NCBI GenBank assembly: GCA_964016885.1
Contig: OZ024743.1
Location: 185,008,001-185,072,000 of the forward strand
Length of the DNA stretch: 64,000 bases
Source: Eledone cirrhosa
Lineage: Eukaryota
Reading direction: 5' to 3'
The translations under genes and the position numbers were made by a program. Below, piece by piece: positions 38,503-49,732 of the stretch (position 1 is the stretch's first letter; the number at the start of each line of letters is the position of its first letter). The notes under the pieces were generated by a model. It was not told where the DNA came from and made no database searches. It was given only the letters and a program-made list of their open reading frames with translations.

Positions 38503-38774
38503 TTATAAACCACACCAAGAAACAGCAACGTATTTGGCCGAATCACATTCAGCACCAAAATATATATAAAATCAAGATTTATTTCCCTTGACTCTTAATC
38601 GGATTTAACTAAAATTTTACTCAAGCGATTTCTACCGAGTCGAATATTTATGAGTGTTGTAAATATGGTGTGAAAATCGTTGCTTTAACTTAATTCACAT
38701 AATCTATTCTCTTGTTTCAGTTATTAGACCGTAGTCATGCTGGGACAGTGCCTTAAAGGGGTTTACTCTATCAA

Positions 38775-41700
38775 GTGATTGCCATTGGGGTACCAGAGGA
38801 CAAGGCTGATCTTCAGGCATTTGCTGCCAGCTCAGCCAAAGACCTAGGCTGTGTTCCCCCAAAGGGTGCCCTCCGCCTTGGTCGACCTGGTTCAAAACCC
38901 AGACTCATCAGGCTGTCTTTCTCGGACCCCGCAGAGGCAACCTCATATCATCTGGCCTCTGCTAAAGCTGGGCGTGAAAATCGGATTACCTTCCGAACAC
39001 GCCCAGGCCTACCACCCCATGTACGTCCAAAACTAGGTGCTGCAGTTTCCTTGAATTGGAACTCAGCACAAGATGAAAGTTTCAGTCTGCGTGATGATGG
39101 GCAGATCTGGAGGTTTGTCAAGGCTGGTGAAACGTGGAAGAGAGATACCAGCTGGTCTGAGTGTGATCTACCCACAATAACTGGCAATGTAAAAACTGCT
39201 ACAACTCTGGGAAACTAAACCAGAACAACCTGCCACCCTCTACACACCATCATAAACTGCGAGCAGGGTACAAATTGTTGTCCTTAAATGCTCGCAGTTT
39301 ATGCAACAAGATACATCTGTTCGAATCCTACGTCAGAAGCATCGACCCTGACTTCATCACAGTCACGGAAACATGGGCACATTCCTTACTCTGTGATGGG
39401 GTTTTCACCATTACTGGGTACAACCTTTTCCGCAAGGACCGCATTAACCGCCGTGGTGGTGGTGTGATGGTCTACGTTCGTTCAAACTTTTCGGTAATTC
39501 CTTGCGTTGATTTGAACGAATCACAGGAAGTTTTTTTCTGTGACATACGTATGACCATGTCAACACTTCTGCTTGGTGTTGTTTATCGCCCCCCAAACTA
39601 CCATCAGGACACACAGCTTTGCGATGTCCTCAGAGTTGCTGCCAAGAAAACAGCCACTTATGTGTTTATTGCAGGTGACTTCAATCATCCTGAGATCGAT
39701 TGGGAAACCTTTCGTTGGCCACAGGGTGCAAACGATTTCCTTGAACTAGTGCTGGACTCAAACTGGTCACAAGTAGTCACCTCTCCAACAAGAGGTGACA
39801 ACACTTTGGACCTGATCTTCACCACTACTCCTGAAGTGGTTATCAGTTGTACTACTGAGGAACCTCTAGGCGACTCTGATCATGCTATGATCATTGCCAA
39901 TCTGGCACTTGAGGGCAGCAACAAAAACCAGAGCCATCTCCAATCTGCTTGCTTTGATTGGAAGAGGGCGGATTGGAACTTGTACTGCACTGAGCTACAG
40001 CGCCCAAACTGGCATGAGATGTATAACTCTGGAGATGGGAACTCTATACTCCAGAGCATCCTGGACTCAATATGGATAGCGTGTGCAGCATCAGTGCCAC
40101 GGAAGCGGAAAAATAACCACCCCAAAAGTGCAATCTGGGAAACTTCAGCGGTCCGACTTGCCAGGAAAGAACGTTGGAACGCTGAACGGGAATATAAACT
40201 GCATAGATCAGATGCCAACAGAAAAAAGCGGAATAAATCTTCTAACCATCTCAAGCAAGTGACAAAGAAGGCAGTGCTTGAATTTGAACAGTGCATCGCA
40301 ACCAATCCTGACAGTAAGGTGTTCTGGAAATATGTTCATTCAAAGCAGAGACCTCACTCTCCAGTTGGTCCTCTTCGCAATCCCCACACAAGCCAGATCA
40401 CTGACGATCCCAAGGAATGCGCAGAACTCATTGCTGAGTGCTATGCAAGTATTTTTACTGTTGAAAACCAGAATGTACCATCTCCACCATCTCTAACATC
40501 AAATTCCATAACAACTATGGAATTTACACCTGCAATGTTGCGACGTCACCTTAAGAATAAGTGCAACTATGCCTCCCCTGGTCTTGATGGTGTGACATAC
40601 CTGCTTCTCAAACGTGGCGGGGATTTCCTTTTGCGCCAGCTTTCTTTTTTCTTTCAATACTGTCTCAGCAATGGTGCTACTCCGGAGCAGTGGAAAACTG
40701 CCAGTGTCATTCCCCTGTTCAAAAAGGGCAACCGCATGTCACCTGTCAACTATCGTCCAGTCAGTCTTACTAGCTGTATGGCCAAACTGATGGAATCCTG
40801 TGTCAGAGAAACACTTTGGAACTTCTGGAGCTCTCACAGCCTCATCCGGCCCTCACAGTTTGGATTTATCCCTAACTCCAGTTGCTGTGATCAGCTTATC
40901 GAGTTCCTTGAGGACATCACCCGGATCACTGACAGCGGCTCATGGGTGGATGTTGTTTACCTTGACTTTGCTAAGGCTTTTAATTCTGTGCCACACAAAA
41001 GACTTATGGCAAAACTCTCTGCAATGGGTGTGAGGGATGATCTTTTCGACTGGCTGAAATCCTTCATTCTCAGCCGAAAGGAAGTAGTCACGGTTCTAGG
41101 ACAGCATTCTTCACCATATGAGATGTCATTTGGTGTACCACAGGGATCTGTTCTTGGTCCTCTTTTGTTTGTGGCATATATTAATGACATAGATGCCAAC
41201 TTACAGAATGCCAGGGTACTAAAATATGCAGATGACATCAAGCTGTACCTTGAAATCAAAAGGACTGATCCTGAAATTTACAACTCTTTCCTACAATCAG
41301 ACCTGGACACAATGCAGCAATGGATCACAGACTGGCAACTGAAGCTGGCTGTGGACAAGTGTACCACCATGCATTTTGGAAGGAAAAATCCAGCGTCCAC
41401 ATACTCCCTCCACAACACTGACATCAAAAAGTCCTCTTGTGAACGTGACCTGGGCATTACTGTCAGCAACGATTTGCGTTGGACAAAGCATGTCTCTAAG
41501 ATTGTCAAGAAGGCCCGAGGGTGTCTTGGCATCACTCAGCAAGACCTTTGTTAGCCGCTCTCCAGCCATCTATTTAAAACTGTATACAGCTATGGTGCGA
41601 CCACACTTGGAATTCGCATCATCAGTCTGGAACCCCTATCTTGCTCGGAACATTGACCTCCTGGAAACTGTTCAGAGACGTGCAACCAAGCGCATACCCT

Positions 41701-42323
41701 CCATCAGACACCTACCATACTCTGAACGCCTTGCTTCCCTGGGCTGATTCATTGAAGCTCCGACGTCTGGCAATGGACTTGGTGAATACCCACATAGTTT
41801 TTAACCATCTCGCCAACTGCAACCCTGAGCGCCTCTTTGATCTCCATGTGTCTAACACACGTGGACATGCCTACAAGATAAGAAAACAGCACAGCTCCCA
41901 TGACTTTCGCAGACATTTTTTCATGCTCAGAGTTGCTGAAGCATGGAACAAACTGCCTGCGTCAATTGTTAGCTGCCGAGACACTGCATCCTTTAAGACA
42001 CTCATGCTTCCCGAAATACGCCAAAACTACACCTGATGTGCCCCTTCCATACACATGCACACATATGTATCATGACTCGTGCACTGTTCATTTTACTGAT
42101 GTTTGTGCATTGCCCTATGTACTGTACATGCACTTTTTTGATGGGTTGTGGTGCACCTAGGCACTGTACACAATATTTCATTATTGTTATTATTATATCA
42201 TGACTCATACACTGTTTATTTTCCTGACATTTGTACATTATTCTATGTACTATACATGCACCTTTGAAGAGTTGTAGTGCACCTGAGCACTGTACACAAT
42301 AATTTCATTATTATTATTATTAT
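38775..42323 (+). mobile_element. Young CR1/L2-group LINE: ORF1 3' part (to 39218), ORF2 APE+RT (39167/39275-42036, two indel sites), 3' UTR with (ATT)n tail
   Basis: APE motifs LNARSL, VTETW, RKDR, YRPP, AGDFN, LDL, SDH. RT motifs NYRPVSLTS, QFGF, YLDFAKAF, GVPQGSVLGP, YADD. Inserted into a SINE (38705-38774, resuming after 42323). Confidence 0.95.
39275..41554 (+). CDS. LINE ORF2 (apurinic endonuclease + reverse transcriptase), 759-aa open segment before a frameshift
   Basis: ORF track, with the APE and RT motifs listed above. The C-terminus continues in other frames to 42036. Confidence 0.9.
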   Translation: MLSLNARSLCNKIHLFESYVRSIDPDFITVTETWAHSLLCDGVFTITGYNLFRKDRINRRGGGVMVYVRSNFSVIPCVDLNESQEVFFCDIRMTMSTLLLGVVYRPPNYHQDTQLCDVLRVAAKKTATYVFIAGDFNHPEIDWETFRWPQGANDFLELVLDSNWSQVVTSPTRGDNTLDLIFTTTPEVVISCTTEEPLGDSDHAMIIANLALEGSNKNQSHLQSACFDWKRADWNLYCTELQRPNWHEMYNSGDGNSILQSILDSIWIACAASVPRKRKNNHPKSAIWETSAVRLARKERWNAEREYKLHRSDANRKKRNKSSNHLKQVTKKAVLEFEQCIATNPDSKVFWKYVHSKQRPHSPVGPLRNPHTSQITDDPKECAELIAECYASIFTVENQNVPSPPSLTSNSITTMEFTPAMLRRHLKNKCNYASPGLDGVTYLLLKRGGDFLLRQLSFFFQYCLSNGATPEQWKTASVIPLFKKGNRMSPVNYRPVSLTSCMAKLMESCVRETLWNFWSSHSLIRPSQFGFIPNSSCCDQLIEFLEDITRITDSGSWVDVVYLDFAKAFNSVPHKRLMAKLSAMGVRDDLFDWLKSFILSRKEVVTVLGQHSSPYEMSFGVPQGSVLGPLLFVAYINDIDANLQNARVLKYADDIKLYLEIKRTDPEIYNSFLQSDLDTMQQWITDWQLKLAVDKCTTMHFGRKNPASTYSLHNTDIKKSSCERDLGITVSNDLRWTKHVSKIVKKARGCLGITQQDLC

Positions 42324-42626
42324 ATCACTCTGTGCTTATTTTCAAATTTGGTATTTATTTTATCGTTTTCTCTATTATTAACCACATGGTCATGCTTACG
42401 CCTGTATTTACTTGGATATGTTCCATTCCAGCTATGACCATCCTATTTCTTATTCCGCCAATCTATAATTACATTAAATTTTAAAATGCTAGTGTAATCT
42501 GGGGAAGATTCGACTGTTTTCAAACTTTACACATGTAATACTTATGTTTCAGGGAGTGTTCTGAGCGAAAAAAAAAAAAAAAAAAAAAAAAAAATCAAAT
42601 TTTCAATTGCATTAGGCAATTTAGCA

Positions 42627-42943
42627 TCTCTCTATAATTCTTAGTCTTTCTCTTTTTAGATAGATACATACATATAACGTCACGCCCTTATAATCTGTCT
42701 GTATGTCTGGCTGTCTGCGGTTATTCTGTCACCCTTGCTCAAGACAAATCTCACACTCATTCCCCAAACAGTTGGTAAGTGCACACAACTTCTTCCTCGT
42801 GTTTTAAGCCACAGTGTTGCTTACTTACGTACCACCAGACCCTTACTTCTTGCCAGCCGTGGTTGTGGCAATACTAAGCTTAGCTAAGGCGGTTATATAT
42901 TTCACAATACCTTATCCCGTGCAACACCGGGTACCACTGCTAG
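42627..42943 (+). mobile_element. Non-autonomous Helitron-like element (~317 bp)
   Basis: A|TC start at 42626/42627. Subterminal hairpin CCCGTGCAACACCGGG (42916-42931) followed by CTAG|T at 42940-42944. Confidence 0.7.
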
Positions 42944-43199
42944 TATAATATAAGAAAAGAAAAAAATTATAGTGAGAGAGTAACAGAAAGACACTCACAT
43001 ATATATAGGGAAGAATTATCATTATCACCATAAAATATTACTTTATTATGAATATGATAATATAATACTTATAGAATGAAAATATATACAATACTTAATG
43101 AATACTTCTTACAGAATTAAAATATAAACACAAATATAATTAATTATTGCTAGGAATCTTATAATGCACAAAAATATATGATCAAAGCGAGAGAAAAAA

Positions 43200-44610
43200 A
43201 AACAATTTACCACCAAGTGCGTCAATCAGTCACATACAAAAGGGTCAATGGAAATTGAGGTAAACCAAGATGCTTGTAGTATTACCGCAAGTGATGACAA
43301 GGCTAAGGCATTGAAACAACCAGGCACCCCACAGACATCACCTGACACCTCAGTAAGGTGAGCCACTAACAATGACAAGAACTTCGCTGTCAACAGCCCA
43401 GCTTCATCAAACGTCTCACATGCCATAGGGTGGAAAAAATAGTTATTTGATAGTTCCTGTTATTTTAAGATTTTATTTCGTTCAGCTACAAAAGCAGTGA
43501 GCCTCACATTTACTGAGGTACCCATAATGTGGGAGGGAGAAAAAGACTGGTTTCCTAAATGAGACATCTGCCTCTTACTCAGGGGCAAAAGGTTATGGTT
43601 TTTTTTCCCACAATTTTGGGAAATCCAGCCAGCTCCAGAACTGAGGGGATATTTACCCAAATTAGGGTCTGCTTGATAATCAGATTTAGCTTGGTGTGGC
43701 GAGTGAAGCGACAAGATAAACCATGGAGTCAAAGAGGACCTACCACAACAGACATTGGCTCCCACTCAAAGTGCAATGGAGATGTAAAACTTGTGCAGAC
43801 AGAAGAAACCAATTTTGACCAAAGGCAGGGCATCAATCCAGTTTTAAGAGAATTTTGCATTTGCAGAAAGTAAGCAATAACTTAAAAATTGATCAAAGAG
43901 AGAGTTGAAGGTGTCATTCAAATGCAGATTATCTCATATTTTCTACTTCCGTCTATCTTCGTCAGTATCAGGAACTGACAAACCCAGCTCTCTCCAACTC
44001 CCTGGTGGAATTAGTCCATATTGGAAAGGAGAGGATGTCACCTACTAAAGGGGAGCAAGTGTAGATGGAGGAAAGAAAGCAAGGTAAAGACAGACAAGCA
44101 TCTATGCAGTTAGAGACCCAAACCGTTTGGGCAAGACAGCATAGTCATGAGACTCTGGAGAGTGTTTGACATTGACCAAGCCCTCGTGTTCACTAAAGAC
44201 TAAGTTGTCAAAAAAGAGTTGACGAGAATCTGTAAGAAGGACTAACTCAGGAAATACAAGTGATTCCTAAATATTTAAAAAAAGAAACCTTGGTGAAGCT
44301 CAATAGCCTTGAGGTTAGCCAACTTAGATTGAAAGATGGACTCGAATGCTTGGTCAATAATTGGGGCTCCAAGGAAGCACCATGCTGATGAGGGAGGAAT
44401 CATGATAGAGGGGAAGGACTCTGGAAACAGGTTTACAGTCTGCTGATGTGAAGCTGGGTGGTTGAGGGGCCAGAATTGCATTTGGAACTGTTGATGTTAA
44501 GGTCCCAATGACCCAGCTCCTCAATCATCACCTTCGCGGTTGCAAGGACCTTATCTGGAAGACCGCTCCAAACAAGCATCATCCCGATACCATACATTCA
44601 AGTCCATCAA
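43200..44610 (-). mobile_element. Decayed CRE-like (restriction-like endonuclease) non-LTR retrotransposon
   Basis: Minus-strand remnants LNVWYRDDACL (cf. WYLDDG RT motif), LNINSSKC, LGAPI, AFVAERNKILK and FHPMACETF...FLSLL...SGD, typical of CRE-type RT/REL. Confidence 0.6.
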
Positions 44611-45454
44611 AAAATAAAAATATTTTTTGTGATAATAATAATTGTTCCTGATATTACCTTTATATTTATAATAAAAATCAACCTACATATAGGTGAAGAA
44701 ATGGAGTGAAAGTGGCAGTAAGTATCACCATGACTAAAAAAGCAGTCAATGTTGATATTGATGGAGTCTGAAGTTTTTCAAATAATTGTGAAACAGTAGT
44801 ACTGAACAAGAAGAGGAACAAAAAAACAATACTACTGGTAAACATTTTTCTTTTTCAATATCCTACAGTCGATAAAATAAAATACCAGTAACACATTGGG
44901 GTCGATTTAATCGATTTTTTTTCCCCTGCCGCCCCTAAAATTCTTGGCTTTGTGCCTAAATCAAAAACTATTTTTTCCTTTTCAATAAAAATTATTTTGT
45001 ACACAGCGTAACATTTAAAAAAAAATATGACCATTGTGTTTCTTATTCTGTGAATTTATCACTACATTATCTAATATGTCCTTCCTTTTAAAATGCTTTA
45101 TGTAATCTGAAGAACTTTTGGCTATTATTTCTAGCAGGTCTGATAACAGACCAAGAAGGAAATTATGTAAACTCATGACTTCAAAATTATTCCTTTTTAA
45201 ATTTAAACAATAGAATTAAAATTATCTAAGATTTAGTCATTTTATGTCTTAAACTTGGATTTTTTTTTATTTTATAAATATTTTTCATTTTCAGCATTTA
45301 ATCTTAATCTGAACAAGAAAATTGGTTTTCAATGCAATATTTTCCACTAATAAACCAAATATGAAGTTGTTTTCATATCAAAAACATGAAAAAAACCGTT
45401 ACACCAATTTTTTCCAAAAATCTTTATATTTTTAAATATAAAGAAAGATTTCAG

Positions 45455-46065
45455 CTCAATGGATGCCACGTCTTCTGACACCTGATCAAAAGTGCATCAG
45501 GCTGATAAAATCACAGAAAAAATCTGACATTGTTTGAGGCAGATCCAACTAGATTCCTTAAACATTGAAGGTCATTTTATCTGCAGGCAACATGATGGCC
45601 TCAGTTTTTTGGTATGCAAAAGGCATTGTGTTTATTGACTATCTTCAAAAGTGCCACACACCATCAATGGAGAGAACAATGCCAACTTGCTGAAGCAGTT
45701 ACGAAAGGTTATCAAAACAAAACACCCCTGGAAAACTGATGAAAGGGATCTTGTTTCATCAGGAAAACTCTCCAGCACAGTCCTTGGTTTCAATGGCTGC
45801 TGTGCTTGACTGTGGCTTTGAAATGGTTAATCACCCTCTCTATTCTGATTTGGCCACATCAGACTATCATCTGTCCTCCAACATTAAAAAAAAACACTTG
45901 GCTAGGATCCAGAATTGCATTGATGACTTTTTACCAACAGGATGAAAGCTTCACCAATAGGATCCAAGCACTGCAACACCAATGGAAGAAGTGGAACACA
46001 AGGGGGACTATGTTGAAAAATAAACCTCATTTAGTCACACTATGAGGGTATCTTGGTTAGCCTTC
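45455..46065 (+). mobile_element. Decayed mariner 3' part (same family as 4817-5840)
   Basis: SAGNMMASVFWYAKGIVFIDYLQK, KGILFHQENSPA and HPLYSDLATSDYHL, ending TCTTGGTTAGCCT. Confidence 0.8.
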
Positions 46066-47204
46066 CATCATATATATCAGTTTTGCATTCATTTTTCCAA
46101 GCTGGCATGGATTGGATGAGATTTTTAGAGGCAGAATTCTACTGCTGGATACTGCTCTTGATGTCAGCCTCACTTGCTTTTAAAGTAAAATTTGGATATT
46201 TGCATTCTTAACTGCTGATCATTGGGATTAGAAATGTTATTGCAATATACCATTATCCAGAATTTGAAGAAACATCTTGAAACTGGTGTTCACTAGAAAG
46301 AATACTTTGATGTCTGGTAGCAACATCCTTAGGGATGGCCAAATACACTGACTTTCACTTTTGGCTTCAGGACAGTTTTCAGTCACACCCCAAGAACTGC
46401 TTATGATGGTAGGTTAAACTTGGTGAGGTACTGGACACTTTCTAAAACGTCTAGAGTGGCACACCAACAACTGGCTGCATCAATTAAAGAAATTCAATTT
46501 AGTCAGCATTGTGGTAAAGGCACCCAAGAGCCAAGTGGTGTTAAACTAGACCCCAGATTAAGTCTACCAGCCAAGAAGGCCACAGAGGGATTTAAACTCA
46601 GAAGACAGTGAGCCACAAGACAACTCCTCCAATCTTTGCCAATTCACTAGCCAAATGTGTTACTTTATCAACTCTCCAAAGGATGATAGACAAAGTTGGC
46701 TGTCAGGGTTGAACTCAGGACTGGAATAAATATCACAAAACATTTTTCCAATACTTTTTGATACCAACTTGCTTGTTTCAATAAAACAATAACAGCCTTT
46801 TTAAAGAGTCTTTACTTACCTTCCAACAATTTTTTATAAAAACATTTTATGAAATATCTTTAGTAAATCCTTCATTAATTGAAATATTAAGTATTTCACT
46901 TGAAATACAGTAATGAAAGGGTTAATGACTGCCAAGTCTTATGTAACAAATTAACTTCAATTACAGTTCTCTAATTCCATCATGTAACAAGTTTACTAGC
47001 AGCATTATTAACACCAGAGCACCTATCACATATTCTTAAGTATTATATATTGTTTCTGCTATTTTAATTGCAGTATTTTATCTCTGGATGCAGAATCTTG
47101 GGTATCTTCCATCATAGTCTTGAGCCAACCTAAACCTCAGTGAAACTTTAGAAACCTGTCAAATCAACTGTACCTTTAATTCAAAGGGTGTCACTGAAGA
47201 ACAT

Positions 47205-47930
47205 TTATCATTTGATGGCCATTTTCCATGCTAGCAGGAGTTAGATGAGTTGTCCCATTCTGAAACATGTCGGATCAGATGACCATGTCTTGCTCATACA
47301 GAACTGTTTCTGGCTTGGTTTCTATGGATGGATGACTTTCTTAATGCCAACCACATTTACAGAGAGGACTGGGTAGTTTTTATCGTGGTACCAAAACAAC
47401 CACATTACAGGGTGGACAGTGCTCTTTGTCATGTCACCATCATGACCACCTTACGAGAATTGTTAGACATCTGTAGAATCATCATCACCGTTTTACGTCC
47501 GTTCTTCCACGCTAGCATGGGTTAGACGGGTTGTCCTGTTGTGGGCAGTGTCTGGTCGGCTGACCATGCCTTGCTCATACAGGAACTGATTTGGCTTGAT
47601 TTCTACAGCTGGATGCCCTTCCTAACACCAACCTCATTTACAGTGAGTGCTGGGTGCTTTTTCGTGGCGCCTACACGTCCACTTTACAGTGTGGGCTGGG
47701 TGCTTTTTTGCCGTGGCACCTCCACGACCACCTTGCGGTGGGGGGTGTGGGGGCATATTGTCTATATGCTTCAGCTTGTACCCATGGGAGGTCGGGTACC
47801 CTGTATTACTGCGTGACGCCAGAAGTCACGGTCGTGTGTCATTGCCTTTGAGAGGTGTAATTGGGTAAGGTCGGCTTTTATCACCTCATCCCAGGTCATC
47901 TTGGGTCTCCCCACTCCGCGGTTTCCATAT
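47205..47930 (-). mobile_element. Two tandem RTE-tailed SINEs (family C) plus an RTE 3' coding remnant
   Basis: Two copies of TTCCA.GCTAGCA.G.GTTAGA..GACCATG.CTTGCTCATACAG..GGCTTG.TTTCTA..G.TGGATG, and (CAT)nCACCGTTTTACGTCC at 47479-47500. Confidence 0.75.
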
Positions 47931-48753
47931 CCACTTGAAACTGTTGCTGGTGCTATGATACAAAACTGCCAGTTTTAAATTATTAATACTTATATTAAAG
48001 CTTTCCATCATAATTTTATGTAAGAATTTAAGTAATACTTTACACATCTTAGTTTTGTAAATTTTTTGCTCCACCTCTCATCTTATTGTTTATTCTAAAT
48101 ACAGGCACTCATTGATACACACTAAACAGGCAATACTGATATAAGTTAATCAAAGGCAATGAAGAAACATGCTTAAAGTTCAACAAATGATAAAAGAGTC
48201 GGAGTTATCAAAGAAAGAATAGGGTTTATATATGAAATTTATTCAGTAAATGAGCAAGTACATAGCACTTGGTGATACGAAGTTCAGCCTGAAATGATAT
48301 TGTTGGCAACTGAGTTAGTAAAATAGAAGATCTATACCGAATTTTAAAACAAGACAGGACACACAAAAAAAAAATTATGTAAACACTGAATGAAAGGGAA
48401 GGGGAGATAAATTTTTTTCAGCACACACACACACACATGCATGTTTACAGAAAACATGATAGCATTCAACATCTTTTTTATTCAGGATCTTTCATATTTC
48501 CTATGAGTTCTTTGTTTGATTTAGAATGATATTGTTCCTAAATATGTAAATCTGACATTTTGAGACCTTCACAACCTCTTCTTCAAAAAAAGAATGAATT
48601 TAGGAATGTTATCATTCCAAACCAAAATAAAAAAAAAAGAAAAGTAAGGAAATGAAAAATCCTTGATAAAATATTCCAAACTTGAGTGAGCAGTCATGTT
48701 TTAAATTTAACATCTTTGAAACAAAAGATGTTCCTATTTAGACACACTGCCCC

Positions 48754-49111
<358 letters not shown>

Positions 49112-49654
49112 TAACAATACACATAAATAAAGACAAAGACATTAATAGTCAGGGAATAAGTTGAAGCTGAATGTTTGATGCAGTGGTTGCCAGGAAGAGT
49201 TATGAAGACAGATCAATAAGGAAAAAAAAAAAGAAAATGAATAAAAACATTTTCTGAGTCAGTCATTATTCAATGTAGTCTTAGATTTGACATAATATTG
49301 CTTGTGAAAATTATAAATAACGAAGTTATCATAACATATAATAGTTTTGTCAGGAAGAATATTAATAGCTTTCAGTCATTTTCTATTAAAAAAAAAAAAA
49401 AAAAAAAAAAAATTTTCATAATACAATTATCTCCAAACAGAAGAAAAGTGTAGAAAATTGAGCCATTTATATTTGGTTTGTATATTTTTAAGCTAAAAAA
49501 GATTAAAAATATACATGACCATTTGGTGTTATTTGAAGCAAAACAGCATTGAAAAAAAAAAAGTCTTGGCCCAAGAGCTGTTTTTAAAAGAGAGAAGAGA
49601 TCAGTAGTTCTGCCTTGCAACCTTTTATGGAGAGAGAAAATAAAGGCCCATACT

Positions 49655-49732
49655 TCATAATTCAGTTTTAGGTTGGCTGTCAAGATCATCTAATTCTACA
49701 TCACTTAAATCAATGTCTTCTTCTTGGGGAAG
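49655..49732 (-). CDS. PDIA6: PDIA6 last coding exon ([25 protein letters not shown])
   Basis: TTTCAG| acceptor; TGA at 49657-49655; KTEL retention signal. Confidence 0.95.
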   Translation of the reverse strand, partial: LPQEEDIDLSDVELDDLDSQPKTEL

